DNA of 63,125 nt, counting the filler, from Octopus bimaculoides (Eukaryota): NCBI RefSeq assembly GCF_001194135.2. It is 4 parts of 4 records of this genome, joined end to end, with 100 filler letters (N's around TTAATTAATTAA, not from the genome) between each part and the next. Parts side by side here need not be neighbours in the genome. Positions count along the whole stretch, not along the records: positions 1 to 31,184 come from NC_068988.1; 3 more parts are not named here. One strand, 5' to 3'. The position numbers were made by a program, and so were the translations under genes. Positions 12,566 to 23,624 of this stretch are shown one piece after another; the stretch's first letter is position 1; each line of letters begins with the position of its first letter. The notes beneath the pieces were generated by a model. It was not told where the DNA came from, searched no databases, and was given only the letters and a program-made list of their open reading frames with translations.

Positions 12566-15050
12566 CAGTCGCTCCCTGTAGTTCATCTGCTGGACTGTGG
12601 CAATCTTTTTTGTATGGTGATGCTGAATTGCATTCTGCTGTCCGCTTGACACTGTGTGGTGACCACAGCTGAGAGCAATAGTCTAGGCGGCTCAAAACAA
12701 ATGTCTTCCATAGAGTCAAAACGACTTTTTGATCCCTTGTTCGGAATGTCCTCAGTATCCACCTTGCCAGTTGTCTGCACTTTCCTGTCAACTTGACATT
12801 GACAATGTGCATGTGAAATGATGCATCACTACACATGTCTCCCACTGTTTGTGGTTCTGGGATTGCAGTACCGCCAGGTCCTGCATATGCCAGTTGGGGG
12901 GCACTTGTGGCCTCGTAGTGTAGTACTTGAAATTTTTTTGCATTGAACTGCATATTATTTTGCTCTGCCCACTTGTATATTGCATTTAGGTCATTCTGCA
13001 GGCTTATGATATCATCAGGATTCTTTATTGCCTGAAATAGTTTTGTGTCATCAGCATAGCTAGTGACAGTGGCTCTCTGAGTGACCATGGACATGTCCAG
13101 AAGAGCTACTGTGAACAGTAGTGGCCCCAGGACAGTACCTTGCAGAACACCACTCAATATTTGTGTTTCCCTAGATAATTCTCCATTGGCTGCAACTGTC
13201 TGACTTCTACCATTCAGGAAGTCATGCAGCCATTCTCCTAATTTACCAGCTATGCCAAGGTTTCGCAGCTTGTGACATATCAAGCCATGATCAACTTTGT
13301 CAAAGGCTTTTTCAAAGTCGAGATATATCACATCAACATTTGAATGGTCAAGTAGATGCTTCAGGACCCAGTCATAATGTTGCAAGAGCTACGTGAGGCA
13401 GCTTCTACCTGGACGGAAACCATGCTGGGTCTCATTCAGCAANNNNNNNNNNNNNNNNNNNNNNNNNNNNNNNNNNNNNNNNNNNNNNNNNNNNNNNNNN
13501 NNNNNNNNNNNNNNNNNNNNNNNNNNNNNNNNNNNNNNNNNNNNNNNNNNNNNNNNNNNNNNNNNNNNNNNNNNNNNNNNNNNNNNNNNNNNNNNNNNNN
13601 NNNNNNNNNNNNNNNNNNNNNNNNNNNNNNNNNNNNNNNNNNNNNNNNNNNNNNNNNNNNNNNNNNNNNNNNNNNNNNNNNNNNNNNNNNNNNNNNNNNN
13701 NNNNNNNNNNNNNNNNNNNNNNNNNNNNNNNNNNNNNNNNNNNNNNNNNNNNNNNNNNNNNNNNNNNNNNNNNNNNNNNNNNNNNNNNNNNNNNNNNNNN
13801 NNNNNNNNNNNNNNNNNNNNNNNNNNNNNNNNNNNNNNNNNNNNNNNNNNNNNNNNNNNNNNNNNNNAAACACTCTTGAATTGTGCACTGAACACTTCAC
13901 TTATCCATGTGGGGTCCGCAGTCAGTGAGCCATTAGGCAGGAATAGGGGTCCTATTTTATACTGTGCCGTGGCAGTCTCTTTTGCAAATCTATAGAAAGC
14001 CTTGGAGTTTGTTTTTATGCTTTCTACTACTCTCTTCTCCTTCTCTGCTCTCTCCTTTTCATGGGAGAGTTTGATCTTGTTTTCTATTTCTAACAGTGTT
14101 AGTTTTAATTTAGCCCTTTTCCTGTCCTCCAGATCTCTATTTAACTGGTTTGAGACCTTTGTTCTGTGTCTCATAAGGATTTTCCTGTCTCTGGGAATTC
14201 TATTGGCATGTTTGCTGGCCTTTCTTTTTGGCACATATTTAGCGAATATGTCTTGTATGGTTGACATAAAATGACTTAGTTTGAGGTCATTGTCTTGTAT
14301 AGAAAGGCTGTCATGCCAGTTTTGATTTCGAATCTCTTTGCGAATTGACTTCCAGTCCGCTCTGTGGAAATTCAGATTGGATATGGCTTGAGTCCTCCTG
14401 ATAGGGTGAGTGTCAGTGGGTTGTCTAGGACCATACATAGTTAATTCTATAATGTTATGATCTGAGAGAGATGTAGGTGTTACTTTCACATTATGGATTA
14501 GGCTCACATTGTTTGTGAAGCAGAGATCTAAAATCTTGCTTCCCCTGGTTGGTTGGAGTATCACTTGTTCCATGAACAGCATGTTGGAGAGTTCTAACAA
14601 AGATTTTGCCTGGCTTTGTTCATGCAGTGACATCCCAGAGAGGATGTGATCTTCAGGCCATTTAACATTTGAGAGGTTAAAGTTGCCTAGGAAAAGTATA
14701 TTGATGTGTTGTCCTCTACTATGCGTCTGAGGCTATCCTCAAATTTACCCTCCTGCTTTGCGGTATTTGGTGGATGGTATGTTGAGCATACAACTACATC
14801 AATTTATTTTATGTGTACTATTAAAGTATCACAGACAGAGTTTGAGTGTGATAGGAGTAGTAGGGGTGTGACATCTTCTCGGATGTACATTGCAACTCCC
14901 CCATGACTTCTATCCCTTCTGTCTGTTCGGAGTACGGCATACTCTGGTATGTTTATCTCCGCATCTGCTATATTAGATGTTAGATGTGTTTCAGTAAGCA
15001 CCATGCATATTGCTTGATTGCATGTAACTAGGTCTTTCAGGTATAGAAAT
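12566..15050 (-). mobile_element. CR1/Jockey-group LINE ORF2 (APE endonuclease plus RT), 5'-truncated, with gaps and stops
   Basis: LTETHL, RTDR...HGGVAMY, ILDLCFTN, LSDHN, QHGFRPGRSCLT, YLDFEKAFDKVDH, QGTVLGPLLF, YADDTK, LDYCSQLWSP. Confidence 0.92.
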
Positions 15051-15057
15051 ATATATA

Positions 15058-15681
15058 TCTTCTATAATAATAACTACTGAGTCTCTTAACTATTTGGATC
15101 CTCCTAGAATGCCTTCTCACAAACTGACATCGAAGAAAGGAGTTCCAATCATGCTTTTGAGAAATCTGGACCCCACAAAGCTGTGCAATGAAACAAGACT
15201 GATTGTCAGGCAAATGCATCCACATCTCTTGGAAGCAACAATCCTCACTGGACAAGGAAAAGAAGAAAATGTGTTTATTTCAAGAATTCCACTGATTCCA
15301 GCAAAATGCCATTTAAATTCAAGAGACTTCACTTTCCAGTAAGAGACAGTTTTGCAGAGTCAAGGACCATCACACAAAATTGTTGGACTTCACCTCATGC
15401 AGCAGTACTTTTCCCATGCTCAGCTCTATGCTGGTTGTTCCAGAGTTGGAAATAGCAACAATCTCCTCATACTCACACCAAATAGTAAAGCCAAGAATAT
15501 TGTTTATCCTGCTGCTTTACAGTGATAAAAAATTCTCCAAATGTGATCTTCTGTGATATAAATCTGAGATGGTAGGATATCAATAAATGCTTTATGTATT
15601 ATTTCTCTCTTTAGTTTTGGGCTGCAGGCCCTCTGCAGGAGCTAGCTGAAAAGTCCGCACGGAGTGCAGCTTTTAAGCTAG
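15058..15681 (+). mobile_element. Internally deleted Helitron with intact termini and PIF1-type helicase C-terminus
   Basis: A|TCTTCTATAATAAT 5' end. LDPPRMPSHKL..KKGVPIMLLRNLDP.KLCNETRL...RIPLIP...FKRLHFPV...FSHAQLYAGCSRVG...KNIVYPAALQ*. Hairpin aaaagtccgcacggagtgcagctttt, then CTAG|T. Confidence 0.92.
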
Positions 15682-15699
15682 TAATTAATACAATAACCA

Positions 15700-16070
15700 T
15701 CGTTATTGTCATCAGCATCCAACATCTGTCTTCCTTGCTGGCATGGGTTGGATTGTTTAATAGGATGAACCACAGGACTGTGTTGAGCTCCTATGTCTGC
15801 TTTGGCATGGTTACTACAGCTGGCTGTGTTTCCTAACACCAGGCACTTTACAGAATATACTAGGTGCTTTATTCATGACATTGACACAAGTGAAGTTGCA
15901 AAGTAATTTGCAAGACAAAGGAAAAGTCCCCTAAACTGAATTAAGTTGTATTTAGGTAGGTGGTTTTATGCTGGGTGGGAAGCTAAATGTATGATACAAG
16001 TGTCTTGTAGAAGAGTTACATGGCTACTCTAACTGGAAAAAGAGATAAAAATGGTGATGACAATGCATCA
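15700..16070 (-). mobile_element. RTE-family 3' UTR fragment
   Basis: Homologous to 5815-6050 (ttcc.tgctggcatgggtt...ctttggcatggtt.ctacagctgg.tg..ttcctaa). Confidence 0.6.
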
Positions 16071-16759
16071 GGTCATATTTTTAAGTTACAAGAGGTGAAT
16101 ATGAAAGAATGAGAGCAGAGGATTGAGATGGTGGGTGGGTAAGTTAGCAAGAGTGTAAAAGGTGAGTGACTGATTGTTAGAGATGGAGATAGCGGTGAAT
16201 ACAGTGAATAGTGAACAAAAGTGGTGGTGTGGTCAACAGTGAATGTCAGTTTTGGAAGAGGTAAAAGAACTAAAGTGTGGCTTAGGGAGGAGAAAGTGAT
16301 GTAGTGGTAGAAAAAAAGAGTGGACAGTGGCAGTATAATAAACTTGTAGATAAATGAGAAACAGGGAGATGATATGAAGGTGGGAAGAGGGGGATGGAGG
16401 TAGATATAGTAAGTGATCAATAGAGTATGCAGGGTGGAGATAGTAAGTGATCTATAGCAGTGGAGAAGGTTGTTGGTGACAGACAAGTTAAGATGTTAAG
16501 TATGAGATATGGCAGTCATAGGATGTAGCTAAGAGAAAGGGGATGTTCAGGAGAAAGCAAATGACAGGAGATAATACTGAGAATGAGGGAGAGATAACAA
16601 AAAGAAGTGTTTCCAAAGAACCGGATAACTGACAGCACAAAAGCAGATGAAATATGTGCAGTTCTGCTCTCATATAATTACAGCAACTAAGTAAATAGCG
16701 CTGTAGTTAGAAAGATGGGTGTTAAGTAGACTAGGTGCTGGGGCACAGACATAAACAAC

Positions 16760-17590
16760 ATGCTTTCAGGACCATGCAAGCCTTCTCAAGCACAACAAAT
16801 CACCAGTCATCTAATCCTATATTATCTCTGTCATGAGGTTCAACATCCTGAGATAGGTTTCCACTACTTTGTCTCTTCTCTTCATGGGTCTCCTTTTTCC
16901 ACAAGTTCCATCCATACTTAATAATGTGCACTTCTTTATGCAACAGTCCTCATCCATACACATCATATGACCATACCAATGCAGCCTTCTCTCTTAATCA
17001 TCTGATTTCTTTTGTGCCCAGTTTATAAAATTTATAAAACCAATCTATATTATGGTGAAACATGTTGGTGTCTTTATTGGTTAGCTGTTGTCTGATAGTT
17101 TGTTCCTAAGTGAAGATTGCTAATTGAGTCTTCGCTAAACTATAACATTTCTCAGATAACCTTCACTTATAGATTTTCTCACAGCACATCTGATCTGTTG
17201 TCTTTGAAATATCTGTAGTACCTTAGTGTTGCTAATATTTCACTGTCTCAGTCTTTCTGGGTAAACAGATGTACCATTCATCTTTGTAAGTATTAAGAGT
17301 ATTTTGGACTTGATCATACAAGCACACTGATGTTGCACATCCAATGGAACATGCCAGCTTCATTTCTTTCTAGTTTTTGCACATCCTTTTCATTTAGAGC
17401 CCATGTCTCTCTACCATGTAGCCCTGCTGTTCATATACAAACATCATACAATCTACTTTTCACTTTGAGAAAGAAATCTTTTGTTACCAACAGAGGTAAT
17501 AACTATCTGAACTTTATTCATCCTGTTATTATTCTAGAAATTCTACTTTCAGAACATCCTCCTCCACTAATAATATTTTTGTAGGTCACT
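16760..17590 (-). mobile_element. RTE LINE C-terminal fragment, interrupted by the left arm of an inverted repeat
   Basis: GTCGKRRPMKR.DKVV...LNL on the minus strand. 17310-17590 matches 6290-6560. Confidence 0.7.
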
Positions 17591-18219
17591 AAAATAATCA
17601 GAACACAATAAACTCAAATATCTCAAATTGTATCATTAGACTGGGTCTTTAGATTAGACAATTCTTTCTTTGTCATAATACAAAAAGTTTCAAAACTACA
17701 AGCAGAGGAAATCTTCACAGGGATTTGGCAGTTACATTAGCAGAGGAAACAATTGTTTGAAATTGTCTTATCACCACAATCTATAAAACTAGGTGCATTG
17801 AGTCATCTCACACATATTAGCCCTGTGATGATAAAATTATTGGATCAGAGCTTCTCTGTGAATGCTTTTATCTTGGTAATGGCATATAGAAGAATTTGAA
17901 TTCAGTGTTGCAACTTAAGCAAATATGTGTGAGCTATACAAAATACTCTTAATACTTGCAAAGGTGAGTGGTACATCTGTTTACCCAGACAGACTGAGAC
18001 AGTGAAATATTAACAACACTAAGGTACAACAGATATTTCAAAGACAACAGATCATGTGCTGTGAAAAAATCTATAGGTGAAGGTTATCTGAGAAATGTTA
18101 TGGTTTAGCGAAGACTCAGTTAGCAATCTTCACTTAGGAACAAGCTGTCAGACAACAGCTAACCAATAAAGATACCAACATGTTTCACCATAATATAGAT
18201 TGGTTTTATAGATTTTGTA
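17023..18219. repeat. Long inverted repeat: arms 17023-17306 and 17939-18219, spacer about 630 bp
   Basis: The reverse complement of the left arm matches the right arm over about 280 nt with scattered, mostly transition, mismatches (roughly 90% identity by eye). Confidence 0.92.
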
Positions 18220-18877
18220 CATGTCTCTTGAAAGGACCATCAAATAAAAGTGTACTTCATGACATCATCTAAAAAAAACGACACAGTTTTAATGGACTAT
18301 GTCTTGCTGGCTACATTATTAAGATTTTGGATAGCAATAATAATGGAAAAAAGAAGTCCTGAAACAAGAGATTTTTAACTGAGAATCAAGTGAAATGGAA
18401 CTTGCCAATTTAATATAAAATATACTCTAATTATAGTGATTTATTAATTATTTTGTAATCAAATATACACTAGAGTGTTACTAATCAAAAATACACTAAT
18501 TACAGTGTTTAGCTTATGGATTTTTGTGTGCAATTAGTAAGCAGGTATATTAAATTAAGAGATGGCCTCTATTTGTCATATAGAAGTGACTCACAGGGAA
18601 ATGATATGGTGGGGAGGCGTGGTTAAGAGACGTGAAGTGATTCACAGATATGTGGGAATGTCACTATGAGAAGTGACTTACAGATACATGTGTGTGTGTG
18701 TGTGTGGGGGGTCTGACTAAGAGGAGGACTGGGTAGGTGGCAGTGTTAAACTAACAAAGCCAGGTGAGTGATAAAACCTGGTGAGTGACAACCTGAATAG
18801 CTGTCTAGAAAACAATAAAAACTAAAAACAAACAAATAATGTTTACAATGGCTTAATTAATTTATATAATAAGGTAC

Positions 18878-18953
18878 CTTTTTAAGTAGTGATGGACATC
18901 CAACATTGTTGGGACATTCTACCGGGACATAGTCACATTCATCTTCATGAACA
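18878..18953 (-). CDS. TRAF7: TRAF7 coding exon (76 nt): VHEDECDYVPVECPNNVGCPSLLKK, first half of TRAF-type zinc finger
   Basis: ttttaacattatttcag|T GTT CAT GAA...CTT AAA AAG|gtacct. Phase 2 start completes CG|T (Arg). Aligns without gaps to human [25 protein letters not shown]. Confidence 0.94.
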
Positions 18954-19097
18954 CTGAAATAATGTTAAAACATTAAAACACAAAATTAAAATATTGTGTT
19001 AATGTCAACATATTAAATATAATATGTAAAAGGATAAAATGGAAATTAGGAAACAGAATGAAGATATAAATGGTGGGAGAGGGGGATCATAAAGTGT

Positions 19098-19129
<32 letters not shown>

Positions 19130-19579
19130 TGGAGAGAGAGAGAGAGAGAGCATACAAAAGAGTGTCAAGTGATAATTAAAGAGAGCAAAAGAATGAGGGA
19201 GGGAGGACTTTTTAATTGGTTTCAACTAAAGGAAGTCTCCAGAGCCTTCACACACCTCTCATACTGAGGAGATTGATGCTGTTAATGTTCTGTTTAAACT
19301 GTGGTTTAGTTAATGGCCAGAAGAAAAACACATAAATGGAGGAAATTCCAATTTTGGGATATATTCTGGAGAAGAAGGACTGGACACAGTGTTTAGTATG
19401 AGATGTGGTAAAGTAATGGATAAGAGGAGAAAAGAGGTGTGAGCAAAGAGTGGACGAACAGAGCTGAAAGAGAGGAGATACATGTTTGTGGGAAAGAAAT
19501 TGGAATGTGTGTGTGTGTGTGTCGGTGAGTGACTTCACAGAAATCATTTGTGGCTAAGCAAATACATGAAGGAGATTGA

Positions 19580-19625
<46 letters not shown>

Positions 19626-19828
19626 GTATAACTGAAGAGAAAGGTAAGGCATGAGAGAAAGAACAGGGAGTTGGGGGGGGGGATATGACAGAGAGACAAA
19701 AAAGAAACGAGAAACACTAAGAGAATATGAGGATATTGCTATATTATTATCAGTATTACACATAGTAAATAAATTTATGTTCTGAGTTCAAATCCACTAA
19801 AGCCATGTTTGTCCTTTCATCATTTGAA

Positions 19829-20044
19829 CCCTTTAGCATTTGAACCAGCCATATCTGGCCCAATAGTCTAACAGTCTTATGTTCAAACTGGCCAGATCTG
19901 GCCTTTTGCACTTATCCTACAAAGTCATTCTCAAAATAAACAATCACATCATTGAAATTTTGAAGCTTTGAAATAATGCATGATTAATACAAAATGTGAA
20001 TAAATAAGCATTACATTTGACAGAATAATATGAATGCTTAAGGG
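19829..20044. mobile_element. piggyBac-like MITE nested in a SINE
   Basis: Termini CCCTTTAGCATT / AATGCTTAAGGG with decayed TTAA flanks (tgaa, ttag). SINE sequence resumes on both sides. Confidence 0.6.
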
Positions 20045-21193
20045 TTAGAATAAAACCCACTCAATTACTGGTATCAATGTAATTGACTGTAGCCTCTATC
20101 AAGAACCATGTTGTTCGAAGATGGCAGCATAGTAACCCTGTTGTTCCCAGATGGTGGGGCGGTGACCATGTGATGTCCATACAGTTGGTACCAACTGGGA
20201 ATGTCACAGATGTAAACAGAGACAAAGTAATAAAAGTAGGCAGAGTGGCTTGGACCACAGGGTCAGTTGTTGAAATTATTTTGCCACCAATAGAAGCCAA
20301 TCAGAGTAGGTTCTATGTGGTCACTTGACCAGCTAGGAATAGCAGCCAATGTTCTCACAGATCACACTGTACTATTGTAAAAGAAGGTTGCAATGGATAA
20401 TCACAGCTAGAACATTTTTTAACACAGGTATGTTGGATCAGAGCTGTCCTATGGTTAAGCAATAAAAACAAAACAACCCAAGTCAATGAAAAAGCCCACA
20501 CATGGTTACTTGATTTGTTAAGAAATAGAGGCCAAATCTTCATTAAATCACACAATATCATCTTAAAATAGAAGGACAGATTGAAAACAGACAGGATGGT
20601 TGCAGCTAGAAAATCTTTAATCATAGTTTGATCTGACAGGGAGCCAAATACCAGCAACACTTGCATTGCTTCCTTGAGCAAATTACACAAATCTACTTGT
20701 TCCACTGCTACATAGTGAATGTTTAGCAGTGGGAGGAACAACTATATAGAAAAAAAAAAAAAAAATTATCTCAAAAGTCAGACTTGACAAAAATGGTAAA
20801 AGATTTTGTTTTATAGTTATGTGGTTTGAGGCTCAGTCCAATGCGTGGCACCTTGGGCAAGTGCCTTCTACTGCTGAGTTTATTAAATGTCTTGGGAGAT
20901 CAATTTGATAAATGGAAACTGTATTGGGGAGTGGGGGAGCATTACTGATTTGGATAATTGACTTAATCTGTTTAACGCTGCCACATGGCCCTTGGGTGCT
21001 GTATGAAGAATCCACCCTGTTGCAAACATTAAGGCCCTCACTCTCACCTGCCTTGAAAACCAAGGAAAAGAGGCAAGGCCACAGCCTTTCTTGATTCAAC
21101 CAGTGAAAACAGAGGAAAAAAGATGTAAAACAGTAAATAAACATGGTTTTAGCTATAAAAACTGATTTACTGATGGTAAAATTATGGACTTAC

Positions 21194-21371
21194 CGTCGAT
21201 TGCTCAACTTGACAATTACTGGACATTTCGTTGTGTCTACAACATGTGGCGATCCATCTTCACTGGGTTTACAACCGTATTTACAGTGAATCTGGAGTTC
21301 CCCTATCTGTTCAGAGACAGCAATGTTGGCAACAACAATCATTAATTTCTGGTTATCCACTGGACATGTGT
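21194..21371 (-). CDS. TRAF7: TRAF7 coding exon (178 nt): end of RING plus start of zinc-finger region
   Basis: ctatttctgttgtag|AC ACA TGT CCA GTG GAT...AGC AAT CGA CG|gtaagt. Translation TCPVDNQKLMIVVANIAVSEQIGELQIHCKYGC...KCPVIVKLSNR closely matches human [33 protein letters not shown]...GCPFTIKLSAR. CpGs are retained here despite CpG-poor flanks. Confidence 0.96.
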
Positions 21372-21486
21372 CTACAACAGAAATAGTAAAGATCATTATC
21401 TAGTGAGAGCTTGGGTGGCTGAGTTTGACAGAGTATCAGGTAACCAGGGGAGCAAACAATTATTCTAATTCTGTACAGTTATAATA

Positions 21487-21680
21487 TTGTTGTTGTTGTT
21501 GGCACTCCATCGCTTACGACGTTGAGGGTTCCAGTTGATCCGATCAACGGAACAACCTGCTCGTGAAATTAACGTGCAAGTGGCTGAGCACTCCACAGAC
21601 ACGTGTACACTTAACGTAGTTCTCGAGGATATTCAGTGTGACACAGTGTGACAAGGCTGACCCTTTGAATTACAGGCACA
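21487..21680 (-). mobile_element. Young short retroposon with (CAA)n tail (RTE-type) and 12-bp target-site duplication
   Basis: ACAGTTATAATA at 21475-21486 and 21681-21692. ttgttgttgttg tail at the left end. CpG-rich compared with the flanks. Confidence 0.8.
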
Positions 21681-21894
21681 ACAGTTATAATACCACAGCT
21701 GTTAAATATACTTGACAAGCAAACCTAAAAACTCAGACATACTTTTGATGAACAGGTGAAACTGAATTTTGTTAAACAAAACTATTTTACTTGCATGCAC
21801 GCAAGTAAAGTAGTTTAGCTAGTAAATAAATTTATCTCTCTATGTGTGTGTGTGTGTGTGTGTGTGTGCACATGTGCATGTATGCATACATATT

Positions 21895-23560
21895 ATTATT
21901 CAGCTTTATTTCAAGATTTCTTACCAATAGAGAAAGAGCCAGTTTCTAACCTAGATGCAAGGCTCATTCATTGGAATTTCAAAAACATCAACAGGGTGTT
22001 TTGTGTGTATGTATGTATATATGCAGATTTGTCTGTTTTGTTTTATGTATGTATTCCCATGCATATAATAGCATGTCTTTTTTTTTATTGAGGCATCATC
22101 CAGTCAGGCTGATTGCCCAGGCCATGTCTAGGACATGCTCATATATACTTAGATGATAAACTTCTGGAAAGTTTTACAAATTTTTACAGTTCCAGTCATG
22201 CTTGAATCTGTAGTCTTCAAATCAGCTTTCTCCTTTTGGTTTTGGGAAGCTTAATTTCTCAAGATTGGTATTTAGGCTGTGTGTTACATATCAAGGTGCC
22301 CCAATAATTACAGGTATAAACCCGAACTTGTAATCTGGATAGAGTAACTGCATATTTCTTAATAGTTCAGTGTAGGTATTTTCTTTGTTGTTGATCTCTA
22401 GCTTTATGTTAACATCTGCTGGGCAGCTAATTTCCACAACTGTGCACAGTTTCTCTCCTCCATCACAAATTACTATGTCAAGTCTATTATGTTTACACTT
22501 TACTGAGGTTTTCACTTGGACATTCCACCAGTACTCCATTTATTACGAGTGGCTATGGCTTCTACCATAATGTCGGTTCTTATTTGTTTAGCTTTGGGGG
22601 TTATCCTTCTGACAGATCTCATTATGCAGTGTCCTAGCTACAACAGCATGTCTCATCAGTAGATAATACCATGATGACATTTTCAGACAACTGTTTATGA
22701 TGTGGGTGTTATCTTTGGTGTTAACTCTACAAAGTCTACATCAGTTATCACATTTAACAGCTTTTCCTGAATCTCTGTCCCTTTTGTGCATCAGGTATTT
22801 GGTTGATTTTTCCTGTTTCTAGATTGTAAAAGCATTCCCTTCAAAGTAGGAGATAGTAACCCGGTTGTTGGTCCATGATAAGCTACTTTGATGATCAATG
22901 TTACTATCATCCCAGAACTTTCTACTAACATATCCATGCATGGTCTTCTGCTGAAATACACTCATCCTTTCATCTGATGATATTGTGGTAGAGTTGTGCA
23001 ACTTCTTTGGGCATGTATTTAAAGTTATCAGACAAGGAATACTGCTCAAGGAGCTGCTTTCCAAGTCTCATGATGTTATCAGTCTCATGTATGCAGACTT
23101 GGTCAAGGGATGCACTTCTATACATGGTGGTTAAAAGATGTTGTTGAAGGGATATGATATGACATTCAAAAGCAGTTGGGATTGCTATTAAACCTCTGCT
23201 CCTTTGTTTTCATTTTAAGGAGAGACAGTCTACATCACTGTTGATGTGGAAATTATGTGTGCTAGTTAGTATCTTCCCAGTTTTCACATCAATGGCTCGG
23301 ATCTCATCAAGTGTCCAATCAAGTAGCCCAAATGTTGGTATGAGTACTGGCACTGCAAACACATTGTGGGCCACAGTTTTATAGAATGCAGGGCATTCCG
23401 AGGTCCATATTTTCTTTATTTAGCTGTAATAGTTTTGTTACAGGTGCCATTATTAGATATGTTTTCATCCACCCCAAGGTACCTTAACATTCCTCGTCAG
23501 ATATAGAGGAAACAGTTAAGTCATTGATGGGGATGTTGTTAGTCTGTTGTAGAGTTTCCC
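21895..23560 (-). mobile_element. R4/NeSL-like REL LINE, 3' copy A
   Basis: WWNVQVKTSVKCKHNRLDIVI...VVEISCPADVNI...FIPVIIGA, MHGY, plus 3' UTR. Confidence 0.85.
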
Positions 23561-23624
23561 TCTACAACAGACAGACAGACAGACAAACAATGTATGCATG
23601 CATGAATGTATGTGTGTCATTATA

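Noticed and set aside
12429-14633. CR1-like ORF2 as an intact active retrotransposon or host gene
   Set aside because: It is 5'-truncated, has stops and frameshifts (14633-14800, about 13386, about 12620) and two gaps.
20083-20741. ORFs 20083-20328 (+), 20061-20300 (-) and 20355-20741 (-) as TRAF7 exons or a nested gene
   Set aside because: TRAF7 is already continuous across 21194 to 18953. These ORFs have no recognisable motif and overlap repeat tails (gtggtcacttgaccagctag.aatagcagccaa).
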